Numbered from the stretch's first letter, positions 9,480 through 19,697 are shown. The stretch is DNA of 64,000 nt from a virus (IMGVR_UViG_3300031565_000020:758-64757); one strand, 5' to 3'. The notes: generated from the sequence alone by a model not told the origin. Numbers and translations: made by a program.

Positions 9480-9977
9480 ATGACTTATGCAGATTATACA
9501 GAGCAAACAAACAAAGTTGATACATATTATACTTATTGTCCGAAATGTGGAAATTTCGATATAATAGAAAGTGTTAGTAATAACCCTGTTAGTTTCACAT
9601 GTGAATGTGGTTGTGAAACTGTTGAAGCGGCAATTTGTCAAGAGTGCGATGGTTTGTACATCGTCGGTGAGGGTCTTTGTTGTGAACCGAGTGAATTACC
9701 AGTCATTGAAAACTGGCTTTTTGATGATGGTATCCCTGGTTACACCGTTGCATTCAACACGATAAAAACCGAAGTGAAATTTGATAAAGTTAGTGTATTT
9801 ATGGCCCGTGCAAAAAAAACTGATCCGATACAATTTGATTACGAAAGTATGTCGGTTTTTTTTGCAAAAGAACTGTACATAACTGTGGACATGGGTTATT
9901 ATGTAGCCGAAAAACTCGCCGAAAGTATGGGTATAAGACAACTGGAAAGACTTCGACTAACTAAGTTTGACAATTAA
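9480..9977 (+). CDS. zinc-finger early protein
   Basis: AGGTGGTACTT leader; CPKCG, CECGC, CQECD. Confidence 0.75.
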   Translation: MTYADYTEQTNKVDTYYTYCPKCGNFDIIESVSNNPVSFTCECGCETVEAAICQECDGLYIVGEGLCCEPSELPVIENWLFDDGIPGYTVAFNTIKTEVKFDKVSVFMARAKKTDPIQFDYESMSVFFAKELYITVDMGYYVAEKLAESMGIRQLERLRLTKFDN

Positions 9978-10061
9978 TCAGTACCACCTGATTTATATAT
10001 ACCGGCTGTATGCTTGTTAAGTGTATGGTCGGTTATTTTTTTAATTTAAAAGGAGTAAGGT

Positions 10062-10265
10062 ATGAGTAAAAATGAAGAGCGAAGCGTAATAAACGTAGTA
10101 AAAAGCCATATAAATAGTTTGTCGTATATACAAAATGACATTTCCAGTATATTGTTTACTGGAAATTATTGCTTGCTAAATGAGGTGCAAGTGCTGTTGC
10201 AGAATTGCATAGATGGTCAAACGGCTGTATTAGATGAAATGCTAAAAATACACAATAAGGATTAA
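10062..10265 (+). CDS. hypothetical protein
   Basis: 67 aa, AAGGAG RBS. Confidence 0.6.
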   Translation: MSKNEERSVINVVKSHINSLSYIQNDISSILFTGNYCLLNEVQVLLQNCIDGQTAVLDEMLKIHNKD

Positions 10266-10267
10266 AA

Positions 10268-10744
10268 ATGACAACACAACAAGCAAAAGAAGGCCTCAGA
10301 AAAATTGAGACGGCAGAAAAGTTACTTATCGGTTTAACACAAAAGCAAAAAGTTGATTTATGTTTGTATGCCGTATGTTATTTTTACAAAAATGTAACAG
10401 TACAAACCGATAATACACAAAAAATTAAATTACTCATTGACCGGATCGACGCGCTTAACTGTAAGTCTCAGAACAGAGCAAAATATAAAAGCATTGTCTT
10501 AGAGTCCGCGGAAGTGGTAAAGAAAATAAAGAAATCCGCAACAGATCAAACAACAATCATATACAAAATTGCGCAATTGGCGTATGATATGTCAATTGCT
10601 GCAACAAGTTCGAGTGATGCTACAAGTACAAAATACGCCCAATATGTGATTTACTATGCATTAAAATTTAGTGGCAATAAGATCATAGACGATTTAGCTA
10701 AAATAAAAGAGTTTCTTATTACTGAGGAAATCATCCAAAATTAA
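10268..10744 (+). CDS. hypothetical helical protein
   Basis: 158 aa; followed by terminator AAGCCGGG/CCCGGCTT and T-run at 10765-10799. Confidence 0.7.
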   Translation: MTTQQAKEGLRKIETAEKLLIGLTQKQKVDLCLYAVCYFYKNVTVQTDNTQKIKLLIDRIDALNCKSQNRAKYKSIVLESAEVVKKIKKSATDQTTIIYKIAQLAYDMSIAATSSSDATSTKYAQYVIYYALKFSGNKIIDDLAKIKEFLITEEIIQN

Positions 10745-10909
10745 CCACCTTTTTATAACATATAAGCCGGGTATGCAGCATCTACGCCCGGCTTTTTTTA
10801 TGTTGATATTTTAACAACAATATAATATACTTACTCATTATGTTAATTCTAAGATTTGCAGCAATAATAATCACTATTATTATGCTAGTGTTACTAACAA
10901 GGAATAATA

Positions 10910-12238
10910 ATGAGTAAGAAAAAGAATAGAAATAAGAAAAAAATAAGGCGTGACAGTTGGAGTAACGTATATGCAGGAATCGGAAAGAAAAACGACAAAT
11001 CTATATATACTAATTTCACTTCGTCTGTTACACTGTCAGACAGGCTTCTAAGTGATTTGTGGTGTGGCGATGGATTCGCCGCAAAAGTCGTTAGGACCAT
11101 ACCAGATGATATGACCCGTGAGGGCGTCACGATAGAAAACGATACTGAAAATGTTATTGATAAAAAACTTGATGATCTTGATAGTGATTTGGTTTTTAAT
11201 CAAGTGTTAATCTGGAAACGTTTGTATGGAGGCGGTGTGGTTGTAATGGGTGTAAACGACCAACAAGACCTGGAAGAAGAACTAAACGAAAACAATATAC
11301 AGTCAATCGACTGGTTGCGAGTGTATCCGCGTACACAAATTGATTTGCCCTTTGAAAATTTTGACACTGATACACAATCAAAATTTTATTGTATGCCTGA
11401 ATTTTATACAATTATGCCTATGCGATATGGTGTGCAGTATCGTGTACACAGGTCAAGAGTACTTGAATTTAAAGGTGTGATGGTCCCACCTGATAGAGAA
11501 AGCGGAAATTTATGGTATTGGGGTATGTCGGCATTACAACAAATATGGGATCAAATCAAAGACATTGCAGCGGGAGAAAGGAATCTTTCAAAGTTGTTAT
11601 ATGAATTAGTGATCGGAAAAATTAAAATCAAAGGACTTTCGTCATTAATTGCTAGTAAGAACTGGGAAGCAATTCACAATATGGTAGAAGCTATTGACCT
11701 TGGTAAGTCGACAATTAACAGTATGATACTGGACGCAGATGGGGACGACTTCGGGCGCGATACTGTCAATGTAGCAGGCTTTGATAAAATATTGCAAGTT
11801 TTCATGTCATTTCTGGCAGGTGTGGCGGGATATCCAATCACAAGATTATTTGGTCAATCCGCAATGGGTATGAACGCGACCGGCGACGGGGACGAAAAAA
11901 ACTACAATGCAGAAGTCGAAGCCGCACAAAATACAACTCTTCGAAAACCGTACCAGCGACTTGTTGACTTGATTAACATGTCAAAAGAAATTGTAAAAAA
12001 AGTCACAAATCCAACTGTAAAATTCAATCCATTATTTCAACAGACACAAACTGAGATTATAACAAATCAAAAAATACAAGCCGACATTGATAATATATAC
12101 ATGCAGAATAGTGTATTAAGTCCCGAAGAGGTGAGGGAAAACAGATTTGCTAATGGTTATTCACACGACACTGTTGTAGAGGGTGAAATTGAGTTTGAAG
12201 AAGAAGAAGAAGAGGTAGAAGATGAGAGTATAACATGA
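10910..12238 (+). CDS. portal protein (DUF1073-like)
   Basis: 442 aa; R.DSW.N start, RLYGG, VHRSRVL, WGMS.LQ, P.TRLFGQS..G.NATG..D..NY motifs; first gene of head module. Confidence 0.88.
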   Translation: MSKKKNRNKKKIRRDSWSNVYAGIGKKNDKSIYTNFTSSVTLSDRLLSDLWCGDGFAAKVVRTIPDDMTREGVTIENDTENVIDKKLDDLDSDLVFNQVLIWKRLYGGGVVVMGVNDQQDLEEELNENNIQSIDWLRVYPRTQIDLPFENFDTDTQSKFYCMPEFYTIMPMRYGVQYRVHRSRVLEFKGVMVPPDRESGNLWYWGMSALQQIWDQIKDIAAGERNLSKLLYELVIGKIKIKGLSSLIASKNWEAIHNMVEAIDLGKSTINSMILDADGDDFGRDTVNVAGFDKILQVFMSFLAGVAGYPITRLFGQSAMGMNATGDGDEKNYNAEVEAAQNTTLRKPYQRLVDLINMSKEIVKKVTNPTVKFNPLFQQTQTEIITNQKIQADIDNIYMQNSVLSPEEVRENRFANGYSHDTVVEGEIEFEEEEEEVEDESIT

Positions 12239-13278
12239 AAGCATCATTAACAGAGTACCGGCAAGCCAAAAAAGATTACAGACAATTTCACGATTCACTT
12301 AATCTTAATTACGCAGATGACAGTATCCGATTTGATGCCGATCGAGAAAAAGCAACAGCCAAACTATTCAAACAGATTGTACAGCAAAAAATGTTACAAG
12401 GACCCTTACCAAATAAGAAGGCCGCCTGGTTATACCCATTTGCACAAGAAAGGGCATATCAAAAGCAATTAAAAAAAATACTTAATAAGTTTACCGCTAT
12501 AACAATATCCGCGATAAAGCCGAATTTAAGCCGTTGGTTAAGTGAGTTTAACGATTCGGCAAGCGATGACTTGGAAAATATCAATCCCCAATTTGAACGG
12601 CAAAAAGAGATTTTGCTAAATACATTTCTTTTTGAGCTAAAAGACATACTACTTGCACTCGGTATAACAGTATCATTATTCAACAAAAAACAATGGCAAA
12701 AAATACTTAAAGCCAGCCTGGACATTGAATTTCTTATACAAGAGTCCTGGGAAAAGCCGTTATTAAATGCGTGGGTAAATCGTAACGTAGGCTTAATCAA
12801 GGGTTTGTTGGATGATTACACGAAACAAATCAATGACGCCGTACAGCAGGGATTTCTTGAAGGCGTGACAGCCAATAAGTTGGCCCAGACATTAAGAAAA
12901 ATTAACAGAAATTTCAGTCAGTACCGAACAATGTTAATTGCCCGGGATCAGATTAATAAATTAAATGGAGCTTTTGCCAGGCGTAGACAACTTGACGCTG
13001 GGGTAGATAAATATACCTGGAACACTTCCATTGATGAGAGGGTGCGCGGCAGACCTGGTGGGAAGTATCCAAATGCGCGTCCGACACATTGGGCGCTGGA
13101 AGGTAAATTATGCAGGTGGGATAATTCGACCTTATACAGTGTTGACGGTGGTAAAACATGGTTACAGAGGTCAAGTCTTGGTGCTGTACAAGTACCGCCT
13201 GGATTCGCTATACTATGTCGCTGTTGGGGTAACCCATATTTTGAAGAAATAATAAACGAAATTGAAGAGGAGAAATAA
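12235..13278 (+). CDS. head morphogenesis protein (SPP1 gp7/Mu gpF family)
   Basis: LIARDQ..KLNG, Y.W.T..DERVR, H..LEGK, PG..I.CRC. Confidence 0.88.
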   Translation: MKASLTEYRQAKKDYRQFHDSLNLNYADDSIRFDADREKATAKLFKQIVQQKMLQGPLPNKKAAWLYPFAQERAYQKQLKKILNKFTAITISAIKPNLSRWLSEFNDSASDDLENINPQFERQKEILLNTFLFELKDILLALGITVSLFNKKQWQKILKASLDIEFLIQESWEKPLLNAWVNRNVGLIKGLLDDYTKQINDAVQQGFLEGVTANKLAQTLRKINRNFSQYRTMLIARDQINKLNGAFARRRQLDAGVDKYTWNTSIDERVRGRPGGKYPNARPTHWALEGKLCRWDNSTLYSVDGGKTWLQRSSLGAVQVPPGFAILCRCWGNPYFEEIINEIEEEK

Positions 13279-13279
13279 A

Positions 13280-13690
13280 ATGATAGAAAATACTAAAAAA
13301 TACAGATCCAAAACAAACCCGGATATGTTTGTTGATGCCATTAAATTTAAATTGGGGTGTGGAATGCAAGATGGTTTTTCACGTGAACACACTTCAAAAC
13401 AAGACAGGCCATACATATACGCAAGTGTATCCGGCCGGTGGCGTAATGTTACTGTCACAGAAAAAGACACAATTGTGTATTATAAGAAAAAAATGAAAAA
13501 CGGTAATGTAATCAATCATGTGATCATTATGGGCACTAAACAATTTAATCTACATTATGAGAGGGTGCGAGAAGATGTCAGACAAACAGTTGGACCGGAA
13601 GATCCGAGCGGTGATATTATACCCCGAACAGAAAAAAGAAAGAAAAGCAGAAAGAAAGAAGAACCGGAAAGCAATAAAGAAGCTGAATAA
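13280..13690 (+). CDS. hypothetical protein
   Basis: GAGGAG RBS before ATG 13280; KKYRSK...VDAIKF N-terminus. Confidence 0.65.
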   Translation: MIENTKKYRSKTNPDMFVDAIKFKLGCGMQDGFSREHTSKQDRPYIYASVSGRWRNVTVTEKDTIVYYKKKMKNGNVINHVIIMGTKQFNLHYERVREDVRQTVGPEDPSGDIIPRTEKRKKSRKKEEPESNKEAE

Positions 13691-13710
13691 TTTGCCATAT
13701 AAGACATAAG

Positions 13711-13748
13711 AAAGGCCGGGTAGACTGTGTAGCAGCTTTCGGCCTTTT
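13711..13748. terminator. bidirectional terminator between convergent units
   Basis: AAAGGCCGGG ... TTCGGCCTTTT hairpin. Confidence 0.6.
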
Positions 13749-13751
13749 ATA

Positions 13752-13895
13752 TTATATTAACTTGAAGGGTGGTTTCTTAGATGGTGTTCTTTTTTCTTTT
13801 TCTTTCTCTTTTCGTTTTCGTTTTCGTTTTCGTATACATATGTCTTTTTGTTCGTTTTCCCATTTCTTGTATTGATCAAACCAATTGCGTAGCAT
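13752..13895 (-). CDS. small basic peptide
   Basis: 47 aa MLRNWFDQ...RKRKRKRKEKEKEKR, AAAGGA RBS; explains the (TTTTCG)n tract. Confidence 0.5.
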   Translation of the reverse strand: MLRNWFDQYKKWENEQKDICIRKRKRKRKEKEKEKRTPSKKPPFKLI

Positions 13896-14255
13896 TATTT
13901 TGATTTCCTTTTATAGTAGAAGTGGGTGAATTTTTCCCGCTTCTTTGATTTTAACTTGAATGTGAATGATTGCACACCATCCACGGCATCGATTGTTATT
14001 CCTTCTTTTGTAAATGTTATATTCATTTTAAATCCTTTTTGTATAAACTACGTTGTCCATTTATTATCTCCCTTTTAAACTCCAAATATAACGTAATAAG
14101 TTGTACACAACATAAACCCGGCTAATAATACAGCAATCCAAAAACCTATTGATTTCAATAATTTCATGAATCACCCCCTTTATTCTTCGATTGTGGTGCA
14201 GCTAAAACATCTGCAAGTATGTCCGCTTCTTTTGTTTCTAATTTTAAGACGTCAT

Positions 14256-14447
14256 TCATTTTACAGCCTTTCTTTTTAAATTGTCACGCAGGCAGTACAT
14301 ACAATTGTAATCATCACCTTCGCCTACTTTATAATATTTAGAAGCACATTCCTGTTCTTTACCATTTGCTATTTGTAACCAGCATCCGCAATCTTCCCCG
14401 TTCTCAATAGCTTGTAAAATCTTGTATAATTTTTTCTTTTCTCCCAT
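14256..14447 (-). CDS. small Cys-containing hypothetical protein
   Basis: ATG at 14447 downstream of 14465..14857. Confidence 0.55.
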   Translation of the reverse strand: MGEKKKLYKILQAIENGEDCGCWLQIANGKEQECASKYYKVGEGDDYNCMYCLRDNLKRKAVK

Positions 14448-14464
14448 AAGCAACTTCTTTTATT

Positions 14465-14857
14465 TTACGCAATTCTTTTGTCTTTTCTTGTGATTTTAGG
14501 CCCGCCGCCGTATACAGGATCAACTACGACTACGTTATAATCATATTCCAAAATAACTTTGCCTAAAAATCTAATCTCGTCTTTTTTGCCAAGATTAATT
14601 CTAACTTCATCACAGAAAGTAGGGAGTTTTCTTTCTTCTTTTAAGGTATATTCATAACAATAATTCTTGCCTGAATCTCTTGTGTCAAAAAAACAAGTTT
14701 CTTTGTTAAGAAACAAAGACAAGAGGGTGTCTGACCAGTGATAAAATTTTGTTCCCTTTTTAAAAAGCTTCATCCCGGTACACTCTTCTGTCCATTTCAT
14801 ATCTTGTCCGTTGTATCTCGCACGATCACTCACAAGCACCATGTCACCCTTTTTCAT
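14465..14857 (-). CDS. early hypothetical protein
   Basis: AAAGGAG RBS before ATG 14857; the track's 14920 start lies in the promoter. Confidence 0.7.
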   Translation of the reverse strand: MKKGDMVLVSDRARYNGQDMKWTEECTGMKLFKKGTKFYHWSDTLLSLFLNKETCFFDTRDSGKNYCYEYTLKEERKLPTFCDEVRINLGKKDEIRFLGKVILEYDYNVVVVDPVYGGGPKITRKDKRIA

Positions 14858-14888
14858 ATTGTTCTCCTTTAAACACCTCACTATACTA

Positions 14889-14917
14889 AGTATAATACAG
14901 TTCTTTGTTTTTGTCAA
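14889..14917 (-). promoter_or_regulatory. sigma70-type early promoter, repeat copy 3
   Basis: Reverse complement of TTGACA-17nt-TATACT; about 47 bp identical to the copy at 3786-3832. Confidence 0.85.
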
Positions 14918-15045
14918 CAAGTTTTTATTAAATAATTAAAATTTATTTAAAATTTCCTTGACACAACTGTATACTTTTTTATACACTGTATACAAAATCA
15001 TACACCAATTGTCAATATATTGACAGGTGTTGAAATATCAACGGG

Positions 15046-16536
15046 TTGGAAAATATGTGTACAGAGTTTGAAAACATTACAAATACAAACTTTTCAGAAG
15101 ATGGTGATAAAGATAGCAAAGCCGTAAAAGCCGCAAAGAATAAAATCTCAAACGGTATTATTGCAGGCAAAATTAAAAAGCCCGCAACGTGTAAAAAGTG
15201 CGGCAAAAACACAAAACTCGAAGCACACCATAACAAAGGGTATGACGAAAAAAACCAAACTTCAATCATATGGCTTTGTCCTACTTGCCACGTAGCTGCA
15301 CATAAGAAGCTTAACGCGTGTAAGAAAAAATCAAAAGACACAATCAATCGTATTGATGTATTCAACAACATTAATGAATATATGATTGAACCTTTTATGA
15401 TTGACCAGGAAACAGGCTTTTACAGTGGTGTTGCTGTTGTTACAAATACTGGTATATTCAATTATAGAATTAATGGTAAAACAGTAAGAGAACTTAGAAC
15501 GCCCGATGAGGTAGGCAGATCATCGAGCCTTGACTCACTGAAAATGATACCGATTACAAATGAACATCCAAAGGAATTTGTAACATCTGAAAATGCACAA
15601 AAATTAAGTATTGGTATGTCAGGTGAGATTGTAAATTTTGATAATACAGCTGTAAGTGTGCGCCTTACAATTACAGACAAAAAAGCGATTGAAGACATCA
15701 AAGCCGGCAAAGTGGCATTATCCTGTGGCTACAAAGCAACCACAGTTGATAATGGTGGTGGTTTTGCATTTGGCAATAATAGGTATGATGTCGAGCAAAC
15801 GGACATCATATACAATCACATTGCCCTGGTTGGTATGGGTCGTGCGGGTGATTTGGCAAGATTGAAATTCGATCGTGATGACGTAGGAATCAATGAAAGT
15901 ACTATTAATAGTACTGATAATATAGAAACTAATGAAAAAGGAGCAATAAACATGGCTACTGAGTTACAAACATTGAGAATTGACGGCGTTGACTATTCAG
16001 TTGACAAAGACGTAATCAAAGAAGTCAACCGATTAAACAAAGACAGCGTTGAAAAAGATACGATAATTGAAGCACTGAAAAAAGATAAAGATGTCTTACA
16101 GGCAAAAGCCGACACGCTTGACATTAAAGTCAAAGAGGCAGTTGAAATTATGAAAGCGGATGAAGGAAAATTCACTAATGAAGATGTGAAAGAAAGGATC
16201 GAATTATTCAAAATTGCCGACTCACTGAAAGTCGAATATACAGACAATGACAATAATGGCGCGATTAAAAAATTAATAATTAAAACCAAAAACGATAAAA
16301 TTAATCTTGATGCAAAATCGGATGATTATATCAATGCTGCGTTCGACATTCTCAAAGAAGACATCAAGAATGAACCGGCAAAAAAGAACGTACAAAAAGC
16401 GATGTTTGACAATATGCCAGGCGACAACGCTAGTAAAAAAGATACGCGAACAGCAAGAGAAAAATTTTGTGCTGACAATCAAGAGCGCGCTGAAAATTAT
16501 AAAGGCGCTGTAAAAAATACAGGAGGTAACGCATAA
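15046..16536 (+). CDS. DUF2213-type prohead protease/scaffold with N-terminal HNH-like domain
   Basis: C..CG...AHH..Y...WLC..CH N-terminus; PITNEHP, LSCGY, YNHIALV..GRAG; coiled-coil C-terminus; start may be ATG 15055. Confidence 0.85.
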   Translation: MENMCTEFENITNTNFSEDGDKDSKAVKAAKNKISNGIIAGKIKKPATCKKCGKNTKLEAHHNKGYDEKNQTSIIWLCPTCHVAAHKKLNACKKKSKDTINRIDVFNNINEYMIEPFMIDQETGFYSGVAVVTNTGIFNYRINGKTVRELRTPDEVGRSSSLDSLKMIPITNEHPKEFVTSENAQKLSIGMSGEIVNFDNTAVSVRLTITDKKAIEDIKAGKVALSCGYKATTVDNGGGFAFGNNRYDVEQTDIIYNHIALVGMGRAGDLARLKFDRDDVGINESTINSTDNIETNEKGAINMATELQTLRIDGVDYSVDKDVIKEVNRLNKDSVEKDTIIEALKKDKDVLQAKADTLDIKVKEAVEIMKADEGKFTNEDVKERIELFKIADSLKVEYTDNDNNGAIKKLIIKTKNDKINLDAKSDDYINAAFDILKEDIKNEPAKKNVQKAMFDNMPGDNASKKDTRTAREKFCADNQERAENYKGAVKNTGGNA

Positions 16537-17330
16537 TGGCTCAATATGGAAATATGGAAATTGCAATTCCAGGTCTGCTCGATAGTTATTACCCGTTTTT
16601 CAAATCAACACGATGTGCAAAACAAGATATTCAGTATGGCAAACCTGTAATGGGTTATCTGGATGATGTTACAAACGGTTATAATTATGCGTTAGATACT
16701 TCAAAAATAGTTTGGGACGCTGATTTTGTAACCAGCAACTTAATAGATATTGTGGTAAATGGTGTAACAATAACACAAGTTCCTTTCAACACGGATCATG
16801 ATACCACAATGGATGATGTTGTTACACAGGTAACAGCAAAGTCTATTACAGACAGTGTGTTGGGTGTTGTTACGTTCAAGGCTGCCCTGGACGCTACTGA
16901 TGCCAATAACAGAACCTTATACATCCGGACAACAGGTCTTGATTCTACTGTAACCGAAGCTGTTACAGCCGGTGCAACACAAGCGACCGGTACAATTACA
17001 ACACAATCCGATCAAGTACTAATCGGCGGGGCCGTTTTTCTACAAAGAGAAGTTGCTGCGAGCACTGGGGCAAAATACTATGTTAATGACGATATCACAG
17101 TAATTGAACAGGGTAGAATTTGGATGTATGCCAATTCTGCAACTGGTGACGGTATAGCATATATTGATAATGCTGGGGCCGACAAAGGCAACTTTGCAAA
17201 TGCGGCAGGCGATACGGTTAACACTGTATTCAGGTCGTTAAAAATAACCAATGCAGATACTACCGATGATCTTGCGCTTGTTGAATTTTTCGGTATCAAA
17301 AAAATAAATGCTGTACTGGCATGGGTATAA
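16536..17330 (+). CDS. head decoration/cement protein
   Basis: Between protease and capsid; I.YGKPV and V...GRIW motifs. Confidence 0.65.
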   Translation: MAQYGNMEIAIPGLLDSYYPFFKSTRCAKQDIQYGKPVMGYLDDVTNGYNYALDTSKIVWDADFVTSNLIDIVVNGVTITQVPFNTDHDTTMDDVVTQVTAKSITDSVLGVVTFKAALDATDANNRTLYIRTTGLDSTVTEAVTAGATQATGTITTQSDQVLIGGAVFLQREVAASTGAKYYVNDDITVIEQGRIWMYANSATGDGIAYIDNAGADKGNFANAAGDTVNTVFRSLKITNADTTDDLALVEFFGIKKINAVLAWV

Positions 17331-17340
17331 GGAGTAACAA

Positions 17341-18357
17341 ATGAGAGAACAACGAGTAACAAAAACAGATATTGAAACGTATAAAAACGACAATGCCGAA
17401 CGTGTTGACCATTTGGCGGCCGTGTATGGCTGGTATGACGATGAAACGGGTAGAGTAGATTCTAATCTATCAGCCTTTTTTCTGCGAGAGCTTGAAAGTA
17501 TTGAGGCTCAAAGTTATGATACAAAATTTAAATTAATTAAATACTTAGATCATTTTCCTACCGACTACTCAGACGACGAAGGGGCGGAGACACTTACTTA
17601 TCGCGTATTCACAGAAACCGGTACAGCAAAAATTATTGCTGATTATGGCGACGATGTGCCACGAGTAGACCTGTATGGCGAAGAAGTAAGCAAGAAAGTG
17701 TATTCACTAGGAAATATGTTCACTTATACTGATAGAGAGGTGCGCCGTGCACGAATGGCGGGAAAACCACTCGAACAGCGTAGAGCAAACGCCGCACGCA
17801 GGGCAGTTGAGCAAGAATGTAATACTATTGCATACACAGGTAATGCTACATATAACATACCAGGATTTATTAATAACGCCAATATTTCAGAATACACTAT
17901 TCCTAATGGTGTAGGAGGAAATGAAGAGTGGAACACGAAAACACCAGACGAAATTATTGCGGATCTTTCAGGAATTGCAACAAGTATTATAGATGGTACA
18001 AACGGTGTAGAAGAGCCAGACACAATGTTGTTGCCTATTGAGCAATTTAATTATCTGAATAATACACGTATGACCGGCGGTAGTGACATAAATATTATGC
18101 AATATTTTTTGACTACCAACGGGCACATTAAGTATGTCGATTGGGTAACCGAGTTAAAAGGCGCAGGTGCTGGTGGATCTGATAGAATGATGGTATATGC
18201 AAAAGATCGAGAAAAATTAGTCTTTAAAGCGCCTATGGAGTACCGACAGTTAGCACCGGAAAGACGGGGTTACGGTACAGAAATTCTAACTGAAAAAAGA
18301 ATTGCTGGCGTAACTATCTATTACCCGCAATCGGTCGCGTTTGCTGACAATATCTAA
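17341..18357 (+). CDS. major capsid protein (DUF2184-like, HK97 fold)
   Basis: F..RELE.IE, AKIIADYGDDVP.VD, IAYTG...IPGFIN, W..KTPDEI..D, GV.IYYP. Confidence 0.9.
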   Translation: MREQRVTKTDIETYKNDNAERVDHLAAVYGWYDDETGRVDSNLSAFFLRELESIEAQSYDTKFKLIKYLDHFPTDYSDDEGAETLTYRVFTETGTAKIIADYGDDVPRVDLYGEEVSKKVYSLGNMFTYTDREVRRARMAGKPLEQRRANAARRAVEQECNTIAYTGNATYNIPGFINNANISEYTIPNGVGGNEEWNTKTPDEIIADLSGIATSIIDGTNGVEEPDTMLLPIEQFNYLNNTRMTGGSDINIMQYFLTTNGHIKYVDWVTELKGAGAGGSDRMMVYAKDREKLVFKAPMEYRQLAPERRGYGTEILTEKRIAGVTIYYPQSVAFADNI

Positions 18358-18381
18358 CACTACACTATATAGGAGGTAAAA

Positions 18382-18945
18382 ATGAATATATTAATTAAAA
18401 ATAATGAAAAACGACAAATAACAATACCTGGAAGTACAGGGCAGAAAAAAACAGCCCTGTCGCCTGGTTATAATGAATTATCTATTGATGTGTGGCTTAC
18501 ACACAAAGATTGCAAAGCAATCAAATATAAACTCGATAATAAATTACTGGAAGTTGAATTCAAAGAAAACAGCGAATCTAAAAAACATACAAAAAAAATA
18601 CATGAATTAAAAACAAGACTTGGTGAACACAAAGCCGCACTCGAAAAAACAAACAAAGCAATTCTAAAAGAAACTGTTGAGGCTAAAATTGCAATTCTTG
18701 TGACAGAAAAAAAAGAGACTGAAAAAAATGTTGAAGAATTGAACAACCAATTAGCCGAAACACAGGTTGCAGAAATAGCCACGCGAGGCGATTTTAATCT
18801 ACTTTCCCACGAAGAAAAAGAGAACGTTATCAATAACACATATAACGTGAAAGTGCTGGAAAAATGGAAAGCTGATGACGGCAGAGCCGAGATTAGAAAT
18901 TTAATTTTGGATCAAATGAAAAAAATTAAGAAAAATAAAAAATAA
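18382..18945 (+). CDS. hypothetical coiled-coil protein
   Basis: 187 aa after capsid, AGGAGG RBS, L.PG.N motif. Confidence 0.7.
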   Translation: MNILIKNNEKRQITIPGSTGQKKTALSPGYNELSIDVWLTHKDCKAIKYKLDNKLLEVEFKENSESKKHTKKIHELKTRLGEHKAALEKTNKAILKETVEAKIAILVTEKKETEKNVEELNNQLAETQVAEIATRGDFNLLSHEEKENVINNTYNVKVLEKWKADDGRAEIRNLILDQMKKIKKNKK

Positions 18946-18956
18946 GAGAATAAATT

Positions 18957-19346
18957 ATGAGTCTTACAATTGAGCAAACACTTGATAGCATTGCACCACA
19001 ACTAGCAGCAGATACTGAAAAAGCAAACCATATCACATTTGCTATACAGCAGACTAATCTTACAAAGTTTGGTGACAATTATAATCTTGCTGTTGCCCTG
19101 CGTGCGGCTCACTCTCTTACTCTGAAAGATATACAAAATGGAATAGGTGCAGGCACAGGTGGAAAGATCATTTCAAAAAGGGAAGGTGATTTGGCTGTTA
19201 ATTTTGCGGCTACTCGTTTTGTAAGTGACGGAGATCCATACCTTAATCAAACAGCATACGGTACGCAACTACTATCACTAATTAATAGTACAATCATGTC
19301 TGTTAGTTTGACTGGTTTAGGTTTGTTCAATACAGGGGGCGTGTAA
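18957..19346 (+). CDS. head-tail adaptor (DUF4054-like)
   Basis: AAH.L.L, I.SKREGDL.V.F, L.QT.YG. Confidence 0.75.
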   Translation: MSLTIEQTLDSIAPQLAADTEKANHITFAIQQTNLTKFGDNYNLAVALRAAHSLTLKDIQNGIGAGTGGKIISKREGDLAVNFAATRFVSDGDPYLNQTAYGTQLLSLINSTIMSVSLTGLGLFNTGGV

Positions 19347-19697
19347 ATGGCTATTGCATACATGACATCCGTTAATATATCAGAATATGACAAAAATATT
19401 ACTAATGAAGCGTGGGAATTCAAAGAGGTTTTGTCCGCTCCCGGTACAGGAAGTAGTGTACTGATACCCGTTAATGTAGATAATATTGGTATACAATTAA
19501 CTATTCTTCCAAATGCTGCTGCAAAAGTACAGGTGACAAACGACACAGTTGCAGCTGTACTAAATGACACAGCTACTTGGATAGACTGGGAATTAGGTGA
19601 AATTGGATTGACCGGAATTGATACTATATATGCTGTAACAGCAATTAGACATGTGTGTACACTAATAGAATCTACAATGACAGTGAGGGCGCAATAA
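19347..19697 (+). CDS. putative virion accessory protein
   Basis: 116 aa, coupled within late operon. Confidence 0.6.
   Translation: MAIAYMTSVNISEYDKNITNEAWEFKEVLSAPGTGSSVLIPVNVDNIGIQLTILPNAAAKVQVTNDTVAAVLNDTATWIDWELGEIGLTGIDTIYAVTAIRHVCTLIESTMTVRAQ

Noticed and set aside
13809-13832. (TTTTCG)n microsatellite as a phase-variation tract
   Set aside because: Hexamer unit is in frame and encodes RKRKRKRK in a small minus-strand ORF
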